From: Podospora anserina
Lineage: Eukaryota
Assembly (NCBI GenBank): GCA_017654855.1
Contig: CM030336.1
Span: 4,588,001-4,652,000 of the forward strand
Direction of reading: 5' to 3'
Length of the DNA stretch: 64,000 nucleotides
Positions 49,352 to 59,321 of this stretch are shown in pieces (within the stretch, counting starts at the first letter, position 1; every line of letters begins with the position of its first letter). The notes under the pieces are model-generated. The model had not been told where the DNA came from and made no database searches. It saw only the letters and a program-made list of their open reading frames with translations. The position numbers were made by a program, and so were the translations under genes.

Positions 49352-50941
49352 ATGTCCACTGTCACTCGGTCATGGCAGGAGCAAGAACGACTACGTCTCG
49401 AGAAGGAGAAGGAGAATGAACGAAAACGGCTCGAGCAAGAACGAGAAAGATTGAGAATAGAGCAGGAGAAAGAGGCTGAAAGAAAGCTGGTCGAAAGCGA
49501 ACGGGCACTAAAGGAGAGTATCAGGTTGGCGTCAGTGCGAGCAGCCGCATCAAGAACAAGGACGATACCTACTTCAGCGAGGACAACCCAGACCACATCA
49601 TCAACATCTTTGCAACAGCCACCTTCGAGCACTACATACTCACTCACTCCACGGCCGATTGTTGATGCGCCGCAAGTCGCCACCAGCATACGCCTGTCGG
49701 TAATACCTATCGATTCGAATGGCCCCGCCTCATCTACACCAGGCAGTATAGCCTGTGGGCAGACTGGCTACTTTGACTGCGCATCTGAATATGGTGGCGG
49801 TTGCTGCCCGGTAGGCTTCGCCTGCAGCAAGGGTGATCTTTGCGTGTCGCCCCAGTTGGAAAAGGAAAAGCCCATGGCACGTTTGCCATGCCCGGGGCAC
49901 AATGGATATTTCGCTTGCGAAGAGAAGATTGGCGGTAGGTGGACCTCAGTTTAATAGCGAAATTCGAGATGAACTTGCAACTGAGATTCAACAGGGGGAT
50001 GTTGCCCAGCAAACTACGCCTGCATTAAGGATAGTCGAGCCCAGTGTCGCCTATCGCAGTCGAATCTGATACTTACCAACGTCGACCGCCTTGCAACACG
50101 AATTCCGATACCAACGTCGTCTCCGAGAAGCGAAGGCACAAGCATTACTGGTACTCTAGCACCAGCACCTCACTCAGAGCAACAATCCCGCGTTGGAACT
50201 CCCGGGGACGCGGCCGGCATTATCGTAGGGGGCATCATGGCTATAGTTGCCTACTTCCTCGGTAGCTATCTTTTATTCATCTACAGACAGCGTCTTCACG
50301 GTTCGCCTCTCAACAAAAGCTTTCGCGTCTTGGAGGTTCGATCTCAATGGAGAGATGCAAGAGCAAAGGCCAGAAGCGAGCTCCCTTCCCATCATGGAAT
50401 GTCCGAGTTGGCCGCTTCCAGACCCACATCTTCTTTGCCGCCTCTTCCTTCGCTGCCAGCGACGGAACCACCTCTATCTGTTGCGGTGGGGGTGACGAGG
50501 GAAAGGCAGGTGGATATCACACATCCCCTCCCACCACCACCACCCCTCAAACTGAGGCCACCACTCTCGACGTCGCCGGACACTCCGATGGTCACACTGC
50601 CGGTGTCCCCTCCATCGGCCACTGTCCCAACCCTGACGCCGACCGGCATCTCTCCTGTGTCAACAAAGACGACGAACATTGTGACGCAGCACGCTCCGCT
50701 ATCACCGCCGCCGAGGATCCCACTTCCACCTACACCCATGCAGGGAAATATGCATAGGTTGAGAGTGCTGGAACACACCAAGATGCCAGGAGCCCTTGGG
50801 ACAGCGGAGGATGGTAAGAAACATGGGATGGAAGGCATTGATACCGGAGGAGTGGTGTTGGAGGTATGTGCAGACGAACAAGAAAAGCAAGAGGATAGCA
50901 GCTCCGCAAGGGCAGACAGCAGCACGATTGTCTGGATGTAG
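49352..50941 (+). CDS. Single-pass membrane protein with two Cys-rich GGGCCP modules, a Ser/Thr stalk and a Pro-rich tail (5' end uncertain)
   Basis: CGQTGYFDCASEYGGGCCPVGFAC, then after an intron (~49934-49993) CPGHNGYFACEEKIGGGCCPANYAC. TM segment AAGIIVGGIMAIVAYFLGSYLLFIY followed by RQR. Confidence 0.7.
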
Positions 50942-51021
50942 CTCGATTGGCCAAATTTGAACATGGCCATGACTGAATGTGGCGGCAAAATGGGGGATCC
51001 TCTTGAGGTATTGGAGAAGTG

Positions 51022-51061
51022 AGGTTATGCAGGTTATGCAGGTTATGCATTGGGTTATGCA
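51022..51061. repeat. 9-bp tandem repeat (AGGTTATGC)x3 plus one variant
   Basis: Direct reading between two convergent gene ends. Confidence 0.85.
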
Positions 51062-51245
51062 CTCCTTTCAACTCACCCTTGAAGACGTGATTATGCATGC
51101 ACAACATTATGACATTAGGTTGTGGGCTTCCTATCGGCAGGACAAGGCTCAAGGTTTAGCCGCAGGGAAACAACATGCTTTCAACATGACTCAGATACAG
51201 AACCCAAAATACACACTGCTGAAGAAACTGATCGACTGCGGGATT

Positions 51246-52732
51246 TCAACGTCTACCAACACCGACCGACGACCGTGCAGCCATCACCGGAATGTTGGAA
51301 GCCTCGGTGCCACGGATGCAGTCTCGTACCGTTGATGCCTCTGGCTGACCTTTTTCCAGATAATATCCCTGGCGCGGTCCAGATTTCAAAGAGTTACCAT
51401 GGTGCGCACCCTGAGCCAGAGGCGCTCCATGACGTTGGAGACCCCCGGAAGGCTGTTCCGAGTGACCCTCCGCCAAATACGAGACGCTCGTAACTGTCCC
51501 ATTAATCTGCAGAGTTCCCCTACCCCCGACGGTCGCGTTGAACTGAACATTGACTCGTGGGTTCTCTTCTCCAGTTCTCGTTGTCGAAGACTGTTCCTGG
51601 GGGACCATCTCCCTGATGAAAGAACACAGCTGCTTGAACCCAGGTTCGTTATCCGAGCCAAACTGGCACATGGTGACATGATCACGGTGGACCGGCTTGG
51701 GCTCCGCGCCAGGTATCGCCATGTCGGCCACCGTCTGGTCGACGATCAAATCCTTGGCGCCCGGCAGCGGGAGCTGTTCGCAGAAGTTGACGATTTTCCA
51801 TCTCAGGGAGGTGCGGCCTTTTGCGTCGACTCCTCTGGTCCCGTCGGCGAGAACGTGGCGGAAGTCGTCCATTAGGTTGACGAGCTGCTCGGAATCCTTT
51901 TGTAGGGCCTTGACGAGCTTCGAGTGGGAGAGCCCGATTCTCCGGAAGAAGCCTCCGCTGCGGGGTGAATCGAGAGCTGAGTATGCTTTGGCGAGGTGAG
52001 ACCAGTTGTCTTTGGAGTTCGCCAGGTGTGGTGTCCCTAGGAAGCTCTGTTAAGCCGTCAGTGACTGTTTATGAGGATAGACCATCAGACGAAGGGGTGG
52101 CTTACGATACCGGCTGTTGCGTCGGCAAGGTGTTGGTATCTGCGCTCGTACTGGGCGATCAAGAGAGCTTGTTTGACAATAAGGCCTCCCAGACAGTGGG
52201 CAACGAACACGATGGGGCGACGGGCATCGATACCCTTGCGGTCGAGGTCGAGTAAATCGAGAAGAGTCCTGGCCAGGTCACGGATGCCGGCTACTGAATC
52301 GTTATGAAAGACGTCTCCGTTGTATCCAAAGGTGAAGGTTCTTGCTCTTTCCAGTCTCGGTTGTCGATGGAGTAAGTCTTGCGGCCAGATGATCCTCTCT
52401 GGCAAAATGCCGTCCTTCGTCCTCGGATTCACAGGGCCATGGCGGTCGCAAAGGACGAGGCTCGTTCCGGGGTCTGTATGAGATTCGACGTTGGATGTTT
52501 GGGCATGTCCTGGTGCTGGTTTCGACTGTGATTTCTGCTTGGATGTGTTGTCGCATTCCCACGTCTTGATCGGATCGCCATTGACACCGTGGACTACTAC
52601 GATACTGTAAGGGTTAACTACTTGTCGACGTCACAGCGGGAAACACACAGTTGAAAAGGCTCACTCGATATTGGGCGTAACCGGATTCCCGGGCTCTGGG
52701 TACAGCTGTTGGAGGAACACTCGATCTGACAT
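51246..52732 (-). CDS. Stand-alone SesB-like alpha/beta hydrolase with Cys at the nucleophile position and a C-terminal extension
   Basis: Spliced reading: MSDRVFLQQLYP...DIVVVHGVNGDPIKTW...IWPQDLL...RTFTFGY...PIVFVAHCLGGLIVKQA...SFLGTPH...IVDQTVA...HRDHVTMCQF. Two introns (~52605-52664 and ~52048-52105). Confidence 0.85.
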
Positions 52733-53052
52733 TGTCGCCTGGCATTCGGACCAAGTTGTGTCTGTGTGGAGGGTGTGTCGAGGAGGCAGATAGTCAGTGT
52801 AATGTGGAGATTTTGAGCTGAAAGAATGTTAGATTACAGTTGCAGCTGGGCAGTTTCCTGTCTTCGACGTGGTCGCATGATACTCCTGAACATGTCGACT
52901 TGGCAAAACACAACCCAATGTGTGGGTCGTTGGCCAGCAGTTCGTAGGGCAGCTGCTCAGTTGCGGAACAAACAGATCAGTCACAGCCCTCCACGACCGT
53001 GTCGGCCCAAAGCCATGTTGAGCAATCCTTGAATAGCATTAAAGGCTCTCAC

Positions 53053-54319
53053 ATGGAGGCCGAGTCGTCCGTTTCCCTGAAAACCACACTTCTTCCAGGC
53101 AACATCACCAGTTTGACAGACACGATGGACGAGAGGGAACTGAAACAAGATCGTGATAACGCTGACAAGGGTCTTCCAGGACTTTATGTCGTGTCCGAAC
53201 CATCCACCAATGACGTGAAGAATGACGAGGAGATTCTCGAGTACGTCCGACACCCCATTCACCACACTTGAACCTTCCCGGCTGTCGACGACCTGCTTCG
53301 CTAACAAGCCATCCACTTTCCAGCATAGTTTTTGTTCATGGCCTGAATGGCCACTGCGTCAAGACTTGGAGCTTGGAGAACAGCAGCAAGCTGAAGCGGC
53401 TGTTGGGTCAGGACAAAAGCGTGTTCTGGCCCTCGGACCTACTCCCGAAAAAGACAAAGCACGCACGCATCATGACATGGCAGTACGAGAGCAAAGTATG
53501 GCGCAACCGAGCAAAAGCATCAGTGACAGACACAGCAAAGCAGCTCCTCGGGGACCTACAAACAAAGCGGGAACTCTTGAGCTCCAGCGGGCCCATCGTC
53601 TTTGTCGCACACAGTTTGGGGGGAATTATTGTGAAACAGGCAAGAATCGCTTAGCTCGATGATCCGACCTTGGGCGAACCTTCACTGACAGCCAGTTGTC
53701 AACATTGTTCCAGGCCCTTTTCGAAGCCAATAAGATCCGGGTTGAGACATTCCGCGACATTGCCAATTCGACAACTGGAATAGTGAGTACCTACCCAGGG
53801 CGGACAGCTCGAGCTTTCACTAACGGACCCATAACAACAACAGGTGTTCTTTGGAACGCCTCACCGCGGCTCAGACGTAGCCAAGACTTTTGCTCCGCTG
53901 CACAAGATCACCTCCGTTGGCTGGGCCAGGTCGTTTCTCTCGGATCTCGAGACGCACTCTGATGAACTCCGCCGCATATCAGACGAGTTCCGGGCTGTTG
54001 CCCAGATGTACGTCATTGCGACGTTTTACGAGAGAAAGATATATCCTGGGCTTCAAAATCTGGTGCGTTTTTGTTTCCAACATACCCCCAACACAAACGA
54101 TCGGCCGCTGACACACGGGGACAATAGATTGTTGACAAGCCTTCTGCCGTGATGGGCATCCCGCATGAAGATATTATGCCGCTTGACGGTGATCACGGCA
54201 GCATGTGCCGGTTTTCTCAGAATGACCCCCGCTTCGATAAGGTGTGGATGACCATCAGGAAGGCCGCAACGCCTTTGGCGGTTAGGGGACTGTCGCCTAC
54301 TGCGGCCCAGTCAGTCTAG
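53053..54319 (+). CDS. Stand-alone SesB-like alpha/beta hydrolase (Ser nucleophile), 5 exons
   Basis: DIVFVHGLNGH, FWPSDLLP, RIMTWQY, PIVFVAHSLGGIIVKQ|AL, VFFGTPHRGS, TFYE and IVDKPSA...DGDHGSMCRF. Stop TAG 54317-54319. The second intron is GC-AG (53640-53713). Confidence 0.88.
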
Positions 54320-55151
54320 ATGGAGATGAAGATGCATGATGCATCTGGCATTATTCCACGATTGGTACTACCCATAGGGGGTTGATAGGCTAGATCGTGA
54401 ACAGGAGATGCACCGAGGGAGGTGGGGAGACATATGTTAGGATATGCAGGGTAGGTGGTTGGTGCCCGGTGTGGGTCGTGTTCCCGTCATTGGGGTGCAG
54501 GTGGGTAAGGGGCTTTCCAGTCACGGCCCGAAGCTACCCCGTTGACGGGCCGTCTGTTGTTGGGTAGTGATTGCGAGAGCCCAGGACGAATGGAGAAATG
54601 GGCAGTGGGTGCCCAACTTGGGATGCAAAATCCCGAAAGAAGTCTGTACCTTGAGGTACTCTTGGGTTTGTTCTGCTCACACCCCTTCGACGTCAAGTGC
54701 GGCACGGCTTCATGCGACCGGGTTGTAGCCAAGTTCTTAGCTTTTCAACGATTGGTGATGGACAGTATGTGGTTGATGTATCGATTGGGTGGCTGGAAGG
54801 ATGTCACACTGCCCGCCTGGAGGGAAGACGCGATCAGACCTTCTCATGTGCGTAGGGACCTGTGGAAGCCAATGCTACAAACTGATTAGTTTTCACGGAC
54901 ATCAACAACTCCGGTATTCAAATACGTGGCATACTTAAACTGTGGATTGATACCTGGCTTGATCTCGTTGACGCAGAGCTGCTGTTGAGCATCACATCGA
55001 CTCACCACATCTTCCCCCTTACGAGCCATTCAGTCGTTTTCTTGATTCCCACAGGTCAGTTGTTGAGAGACTGACTTCTACGAATGACGTGGTGGCCCCA
55101 GCGTCTGACAATGTGACACCAGCCACGCAATCCGCCTCTCTATCGTTCACA

Positions 55152-55505
55152 ATGCCTCCCAAGCAAGCCAAGGAAGTCCCGTACCCGGAGAAGCAAAGTT
55201 ACAGGGCCAAGGGACTCAAACTCGACACTGCGGCATATGCCGACACCCTCACCAATGCCTACAAGACAACAAGGGACATTGCCTCGCAGATCCGAGAGCA
55301 AATCGAACCATTCATCAGGAAGGCGAGGGCAAGAGTCAATTATCTGATCGAGATTATTCAACAGCTTCGGAAAGAGATTAGGATTGCCAGGGACACTTTG
55401 ATCATTACCAACAGGGATGAGTTGTATCCCTCTATTATGGCAATGGAGGAGGTGGGCGATCCATTATTCTGGAGGCTAGATGAAGAGTACAAGGAGGCGC
55501 CGTGA
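55152..55505 (+). CDS. Small helical/coiled-coil hypothetical protein (~117 aa)
   Basis: ATG in a typical fungal context (CACAATGCCT) and an amphipathic helical sequence. No family recognised. Confidence 0.55.
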   Translation: MPPKQAKEVPYPEKQSYRAKGLKLDTAAYADTLTNAYKTTRDIASQIREQIEPFIRKARARVNYLIEIIQQLRKEIRIARDTLIITNRDELYPSIMAMEEVGDPLFWRLDEEYKEAP

Positions 55506-56058
55506 GTTTGAGATGGTTGATAGCAAGACAAATCTGTACAATACATACCTGATCAGGAACTTCCTTGTAGTGAGAAACTTGCCTCGTGAAGCCCACATCA
55601 TGCTTCGTAATACCATCCACGTCTCTCTCACTGTGTGTCCTATACCCAATCGCTGTTGAGACCCTAGCGTTCTGGTGCTGTCAGAGTGTAAAGTCCCCAT
55701 GTGAAGATCTTTCTATTGTCCTTTGTAGGTAGGTAGGTATTTGGCAATTGAATTTCAGATCGTTCCTATGTCGAGCAATCAGCAATCATTTACATGGCTG
55801 AGTTTATCATCATCGTCAAGGTAGTTGCAGAGCTGGTTGTTCAGGGGCAGACCCAATGTTGAAACTTCTGAGTGCTGTGAGCGCCTATGGATGGTCACGG
55901 AATGGCACCAGCCTAGGTATCTTGATATCACCTCGCATAATTGCGTATTCATGCAACATGTCTTGATACTTCACAAGATACCTATAATTATTTACAGGCG
56001 GGAACGTCGTCAACGAAGGAACCAGTAAACTTCCATTGGATATCTGTCATACTACTCT

Positions 56059-56925
56059 TTAGCTGTTGACGGCAGTTCCTCCCCCGGCCCCGACATTCCC
56101 GCCTCCACCACCCCCACCCCCTGAGGCACCAGTTCCAGTCTGCCTGCCACTCTGCCTCTCTTCCACCTTGGCAAGGTGGTCCATCAGCAACTCGGCAACG
56201 GTAGCATGACCGCCCTTGACGGCCGCATCCATGGCGGAGTCGCCGTCATGGGTCCTGGGGCTGGGGTCTGCGCCCGCGTCCAAGAGGATCTCGACAATGC
56301 GGGCATGACCACTTGTGGCAGCCCCGTACAATGGCATAAGATACCCCTTGCTCTCCTGGTTGTGTTTGGCCCCAGATTTCAACAAACTCTTGACCACTCT
56401 TGTATGCCCATTAGTCGAAGCCAGATACAGCGCCGTCATCCCGTCACCGTCCTGCAGGTTGATCTCCTCTTTGACACCCTTTTTACCGAGAAGGGACTTG
56501 ACGACATGAACGTAGCCGACACCAGCGGCATGGCAGAGTGGGTTCCAATTGACATGAAACTCCTTGGTGGCAGTCACGGCGTCTTCTTCTACCAACAATT
56601 CGGATGCGAGTTCGTTGTCGTTGCTCAGCGCCGCTCGGAGGGGAGTCCAGTCCTTGGTGTTCTTCAGGTTGACGTCGATGCCCTTCTGAGCAAGGAGTAC
56701 CTCGATCACATCAGCATGGCCGACAAAGGCGGCGGAGAACAAGGGGCCGGCCCCGTCCTTGTCCTTGCCGTTAAGGATCTTGTCTTTGAACACGTCGGGA
56801 AACGACTTTTCGTGCCTCTTGAGAAGGAGCTCAACCAACGGTGCGAAACCGCCGGATGAGGCGGCGCGCAGTGACGCTGCTGCTCGGTCCACGGCCTCGT
56901 CGGATGTATTTGGACTGCCAGCCAT
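56059..56925 (-). CDS. Stand-alone ankyrin-repeat protein (~7 repeats) with a Gly-rich tail
   Basis: Repeats such as GAGPLFSAAFVGHADVIEVLL, GMTALYLASTNGHTRVVKSLL and PLYGAATSGHARIVEILLDAGAD. An intron (56926-56998) sits immediately upstream of the ATG; the upstream in-frame exon has a stop and no ATG. Confidence 0.88.
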   Translation of the reverse strand: MAGSPNTSDEAVDRAAASLRAASSGGFAPLVELLLKRHEKSFPDVFKDKILNGKDKDGAGPLFSAAFVGHADVIEVLLAQKGIDVNLKNTKDWTPLRAALSNDNELASELLVEEDAVTATKEFHVNWNPLCHAAGVGYVHVVKSLLGKKGVKEEINLQDGDGMTALYLASTNGHTRVVKSLLKSGAKHNQESKGYLMPLYGAATSGHARIVEILLDAGADPSPRTHDGDSAMDAAVKGGHATVAELLMDHLAKVEERQSGRQTGTGASGGGGGGGGNVGAGGGTAVNS

Positions 56926-58522
56926 CTACAGAATGTCGGACTCTTGAGTTGAGGCGGTTTGGTTGAAGTCCACGAAGAAATGGTAGATCGGTACTCACCT
57001 TTCGCCCGGTTGTCAGGAACACCAGTACTGTTTCGATGAGGATTGACTTGAAGATTGCGAGTCAACCGAGGGCTGAGGTGTCGTCTCTGTTGATGTTAAC
57101 TTTCGAAAGTTGAATGGAGTTGGAAAGTCGACACGGGAGCCTAAATCGTGCCGGGGAGTGACAAGCTCTGAAACAATATGTTCTACCGTGGGGAGAATAT
57201 GGCGACAGGACTCGTTTGGCATTCTCCGCGAAGCGGAGGCGGATATCCCTTGACATATAGCCTATACACAAGGTAGGTAAGCTTGCGAGATTGTGCTAAG
57301 GTCCTTTCATGGAAGCCAAGTCCAAATTAGGTCATGGTCTCCATTCGTTGCCCAGCTTGTTGGGCCCCCATGGCACAGTCGCACATGATTTAGAGTGATT
57401 TCTCAGTCATTCCCAGGAAGCTTCCCCTCTTGGAAACACCTTAGAACCGGAAAGAACTCCGATGAAAACCCAACACTGTATCATCAGCCCTTTGCCAATC
57501 ATTGCTAGGCATCCACCCTCAGGTATTCCGCGTGCCTAGCATCTCGCATTCAGACCTGATCCTACCAGGATCTCTGGTCATCGCCTTTACGTTACTTTAT
57601 CGAAGAGTTGTTTTCTCCCACGGGGCCCAAACACGGCACCTCAAGTGAGCAAGTCACTCAAAGTATCGCGCTACATCGGACAGGCAAGAGTAGCACACCC
57701 TCAATGCGTTGGGCGTAGGCGGCGCGGATATCGGAAAGGCGGTTTGCTTTCTCCGTGGAAGGCCCCAATTAGCAATCCGCAGCGTCGTGACTGTTTGGAA
57801 TAGGTATCGAGACCAGTCTTGTTGATAGTTGAACTGGATGGGTAACATCTTTGGAGTTGAGTCCGGCTCCGCCATAACAACGTGCCTGGAGATCACCACT
57901 GGCGTGATTGGGCAAGATACACTCAAACCTCTCTTGCAGGATGCCAGGGTACTCTGCCTGCAAGACATCTCATTTGTTCGGTTCTTGGACCGTTGGGAAA
58001 CACAACAGCAGGGTGTGAGCATACGCTGCATGCAGTATTGCTCCTCAACCTAGAGGAATAACGTCCTGCATACGTCCTGTCCCTCATATTTGAGGAACAA
58101 CAACATGTTGCATGCATCATGTGGGAACCCCTTGATCCACGCCGTTCATGTATATGGGAACTTTCTACTAATTTCATTGGGCACTCATCTTTTATGGCTC
58201 CCGAGAAGTCAATGAGGTGTATAGAATATCTCCGTCTACCGTCGTATGAGAGGTAAAGCGTAAAGGCTTGGCTGGCATGTTTTTGGATGGGACGGGAGCC
58301 CTTGAAGTTGTTGAGATCCATTGCTGCTACAGCCCGCAACAGCTGGACACGGGAGGTATGCAGTCGGGACTTTTTCTCGGTGGTCTAGAAACCCAATCAC
58401 TGTGGTCAAATGACTCTTTTCGATGTCTCCTTACTATGGCTATCACATAAACGCAATGAGATGCATCAGATGCTGTGACGTTGGGCATCGTTGGGTGCAT
58501 GTTTGCATTGGCGCCAATCTTC

Positions 58523-59074
58523 TCACACGGACTTTGCCCTTCCCCTCCCTTTCGGGTTTCTTATCTTTTCCGTCAACTCTGCAATTTCCATTTCAAGCGC
58601 GCGTTCCATTGCTGTTTTGGCCCTTGAGAGTGGATTCCAATCCTTTTGCCCTGGAACACTGTCCCGCAGCTTGACCTGCAACTTCCATTTGTCCTCCTCG
58701 ATGTCCCTTGCGTAATAGGACAACTCCCAGTTCTTGGATCTCTCGGCTCTCAGTGCGGCCTCGAGATCAGAAATGACCTCTCGGGCGTTTGCGTCAAGCA
58801 CACGTCGGACTTGTGAGTGGTAGAGAGAGGATTCGGCGAGGCCCTCGCGCAGCATTTGTCGCATGCTCTGAATGTCTTCGATCAAGTCGCGTTTTTCCCA
58901 GTCGTGTTCCCAGACTAGGGAGCCAAAGTAGATGTTTGCTTCTTCGAGTCGATCCAAAAGCTCCAATATGCGAGGGACTGCTGCATCCCAGTTGCTGTGG
59001 TTGTAGTGGCTGTTGTCGGTCGCCATGATGTCTTCGTTCCATTGAGGGCCTGGTGTGACTGTTGGCCGTTCCAT
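58523..59074 (-). CDS. Coiled-coil hypothetical protein (~183 aa), divergent from the NLR gene
   Basis: ATG 59074 (MERPTV), a charged heptad-rich sequence and a basic C-terminus. No family recognised. Confidence 0.6.
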   Translation of the reverse strand: MERPTVTPGPQWNEDIMATDNSHYNHSNWDAAVPRILELLDRLEEANIYFGSLVWEHDWEKRDLIEDIQSMRQMLREGLAESSLYHSQVRRVLDANAREVISDLEAALRAERSKNWELSYYARDIEEDKWKLQVKLRDSVPGQKDWNPLSRAKTAMERALEMEIAELTEKIRNPKGRGRAKSV

Positions 59075-59321
59075 GGTCAATCGATGATTAGGTGCGTATG
59101 TTCGTCGTTGAGGTCACTGTTGGGTTGCATGTATTGAGTGGTTGGGTACCTACCAAATACCTTACCACTGGTTCTACAATTTCATTGGTCCGCCACATGG
59201 CCCCATACTCACTCATCAACAATCGGTCGAGATCGCATCCTGAAATGGAGAGGTGAGTTCGAAGCACTCAATCGCGATGAGCCGACCACATCGCACGACC
59301 AAGACAACGTGACACGGCAAA

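Noticed and set aside
51022-51061. Short repeat array as CRISPR-like
   Set aside because: No spacers; a simple 9-bp minisatellite in a eukaryote.
56059-56140. Gly-rich ankyrin tail as an amyloid motif
   Set aside because: Mostly poly-Gly, without the N/Q and hydrophobic alternation of known fungal amyloid motifs.
56926-57270. Upstream coding exons linking the ankyrin gene to a larger NLR
   Set aside because: The in-frame upstream exon has a TGA and no ATG, and no NACHT remnant is recognisable on that strand.
57650-58450. Short ORFs between the ankyrin and coiled-coil genes
   Set aside because: No recognisable domain; may be a relic but cannot be supported.
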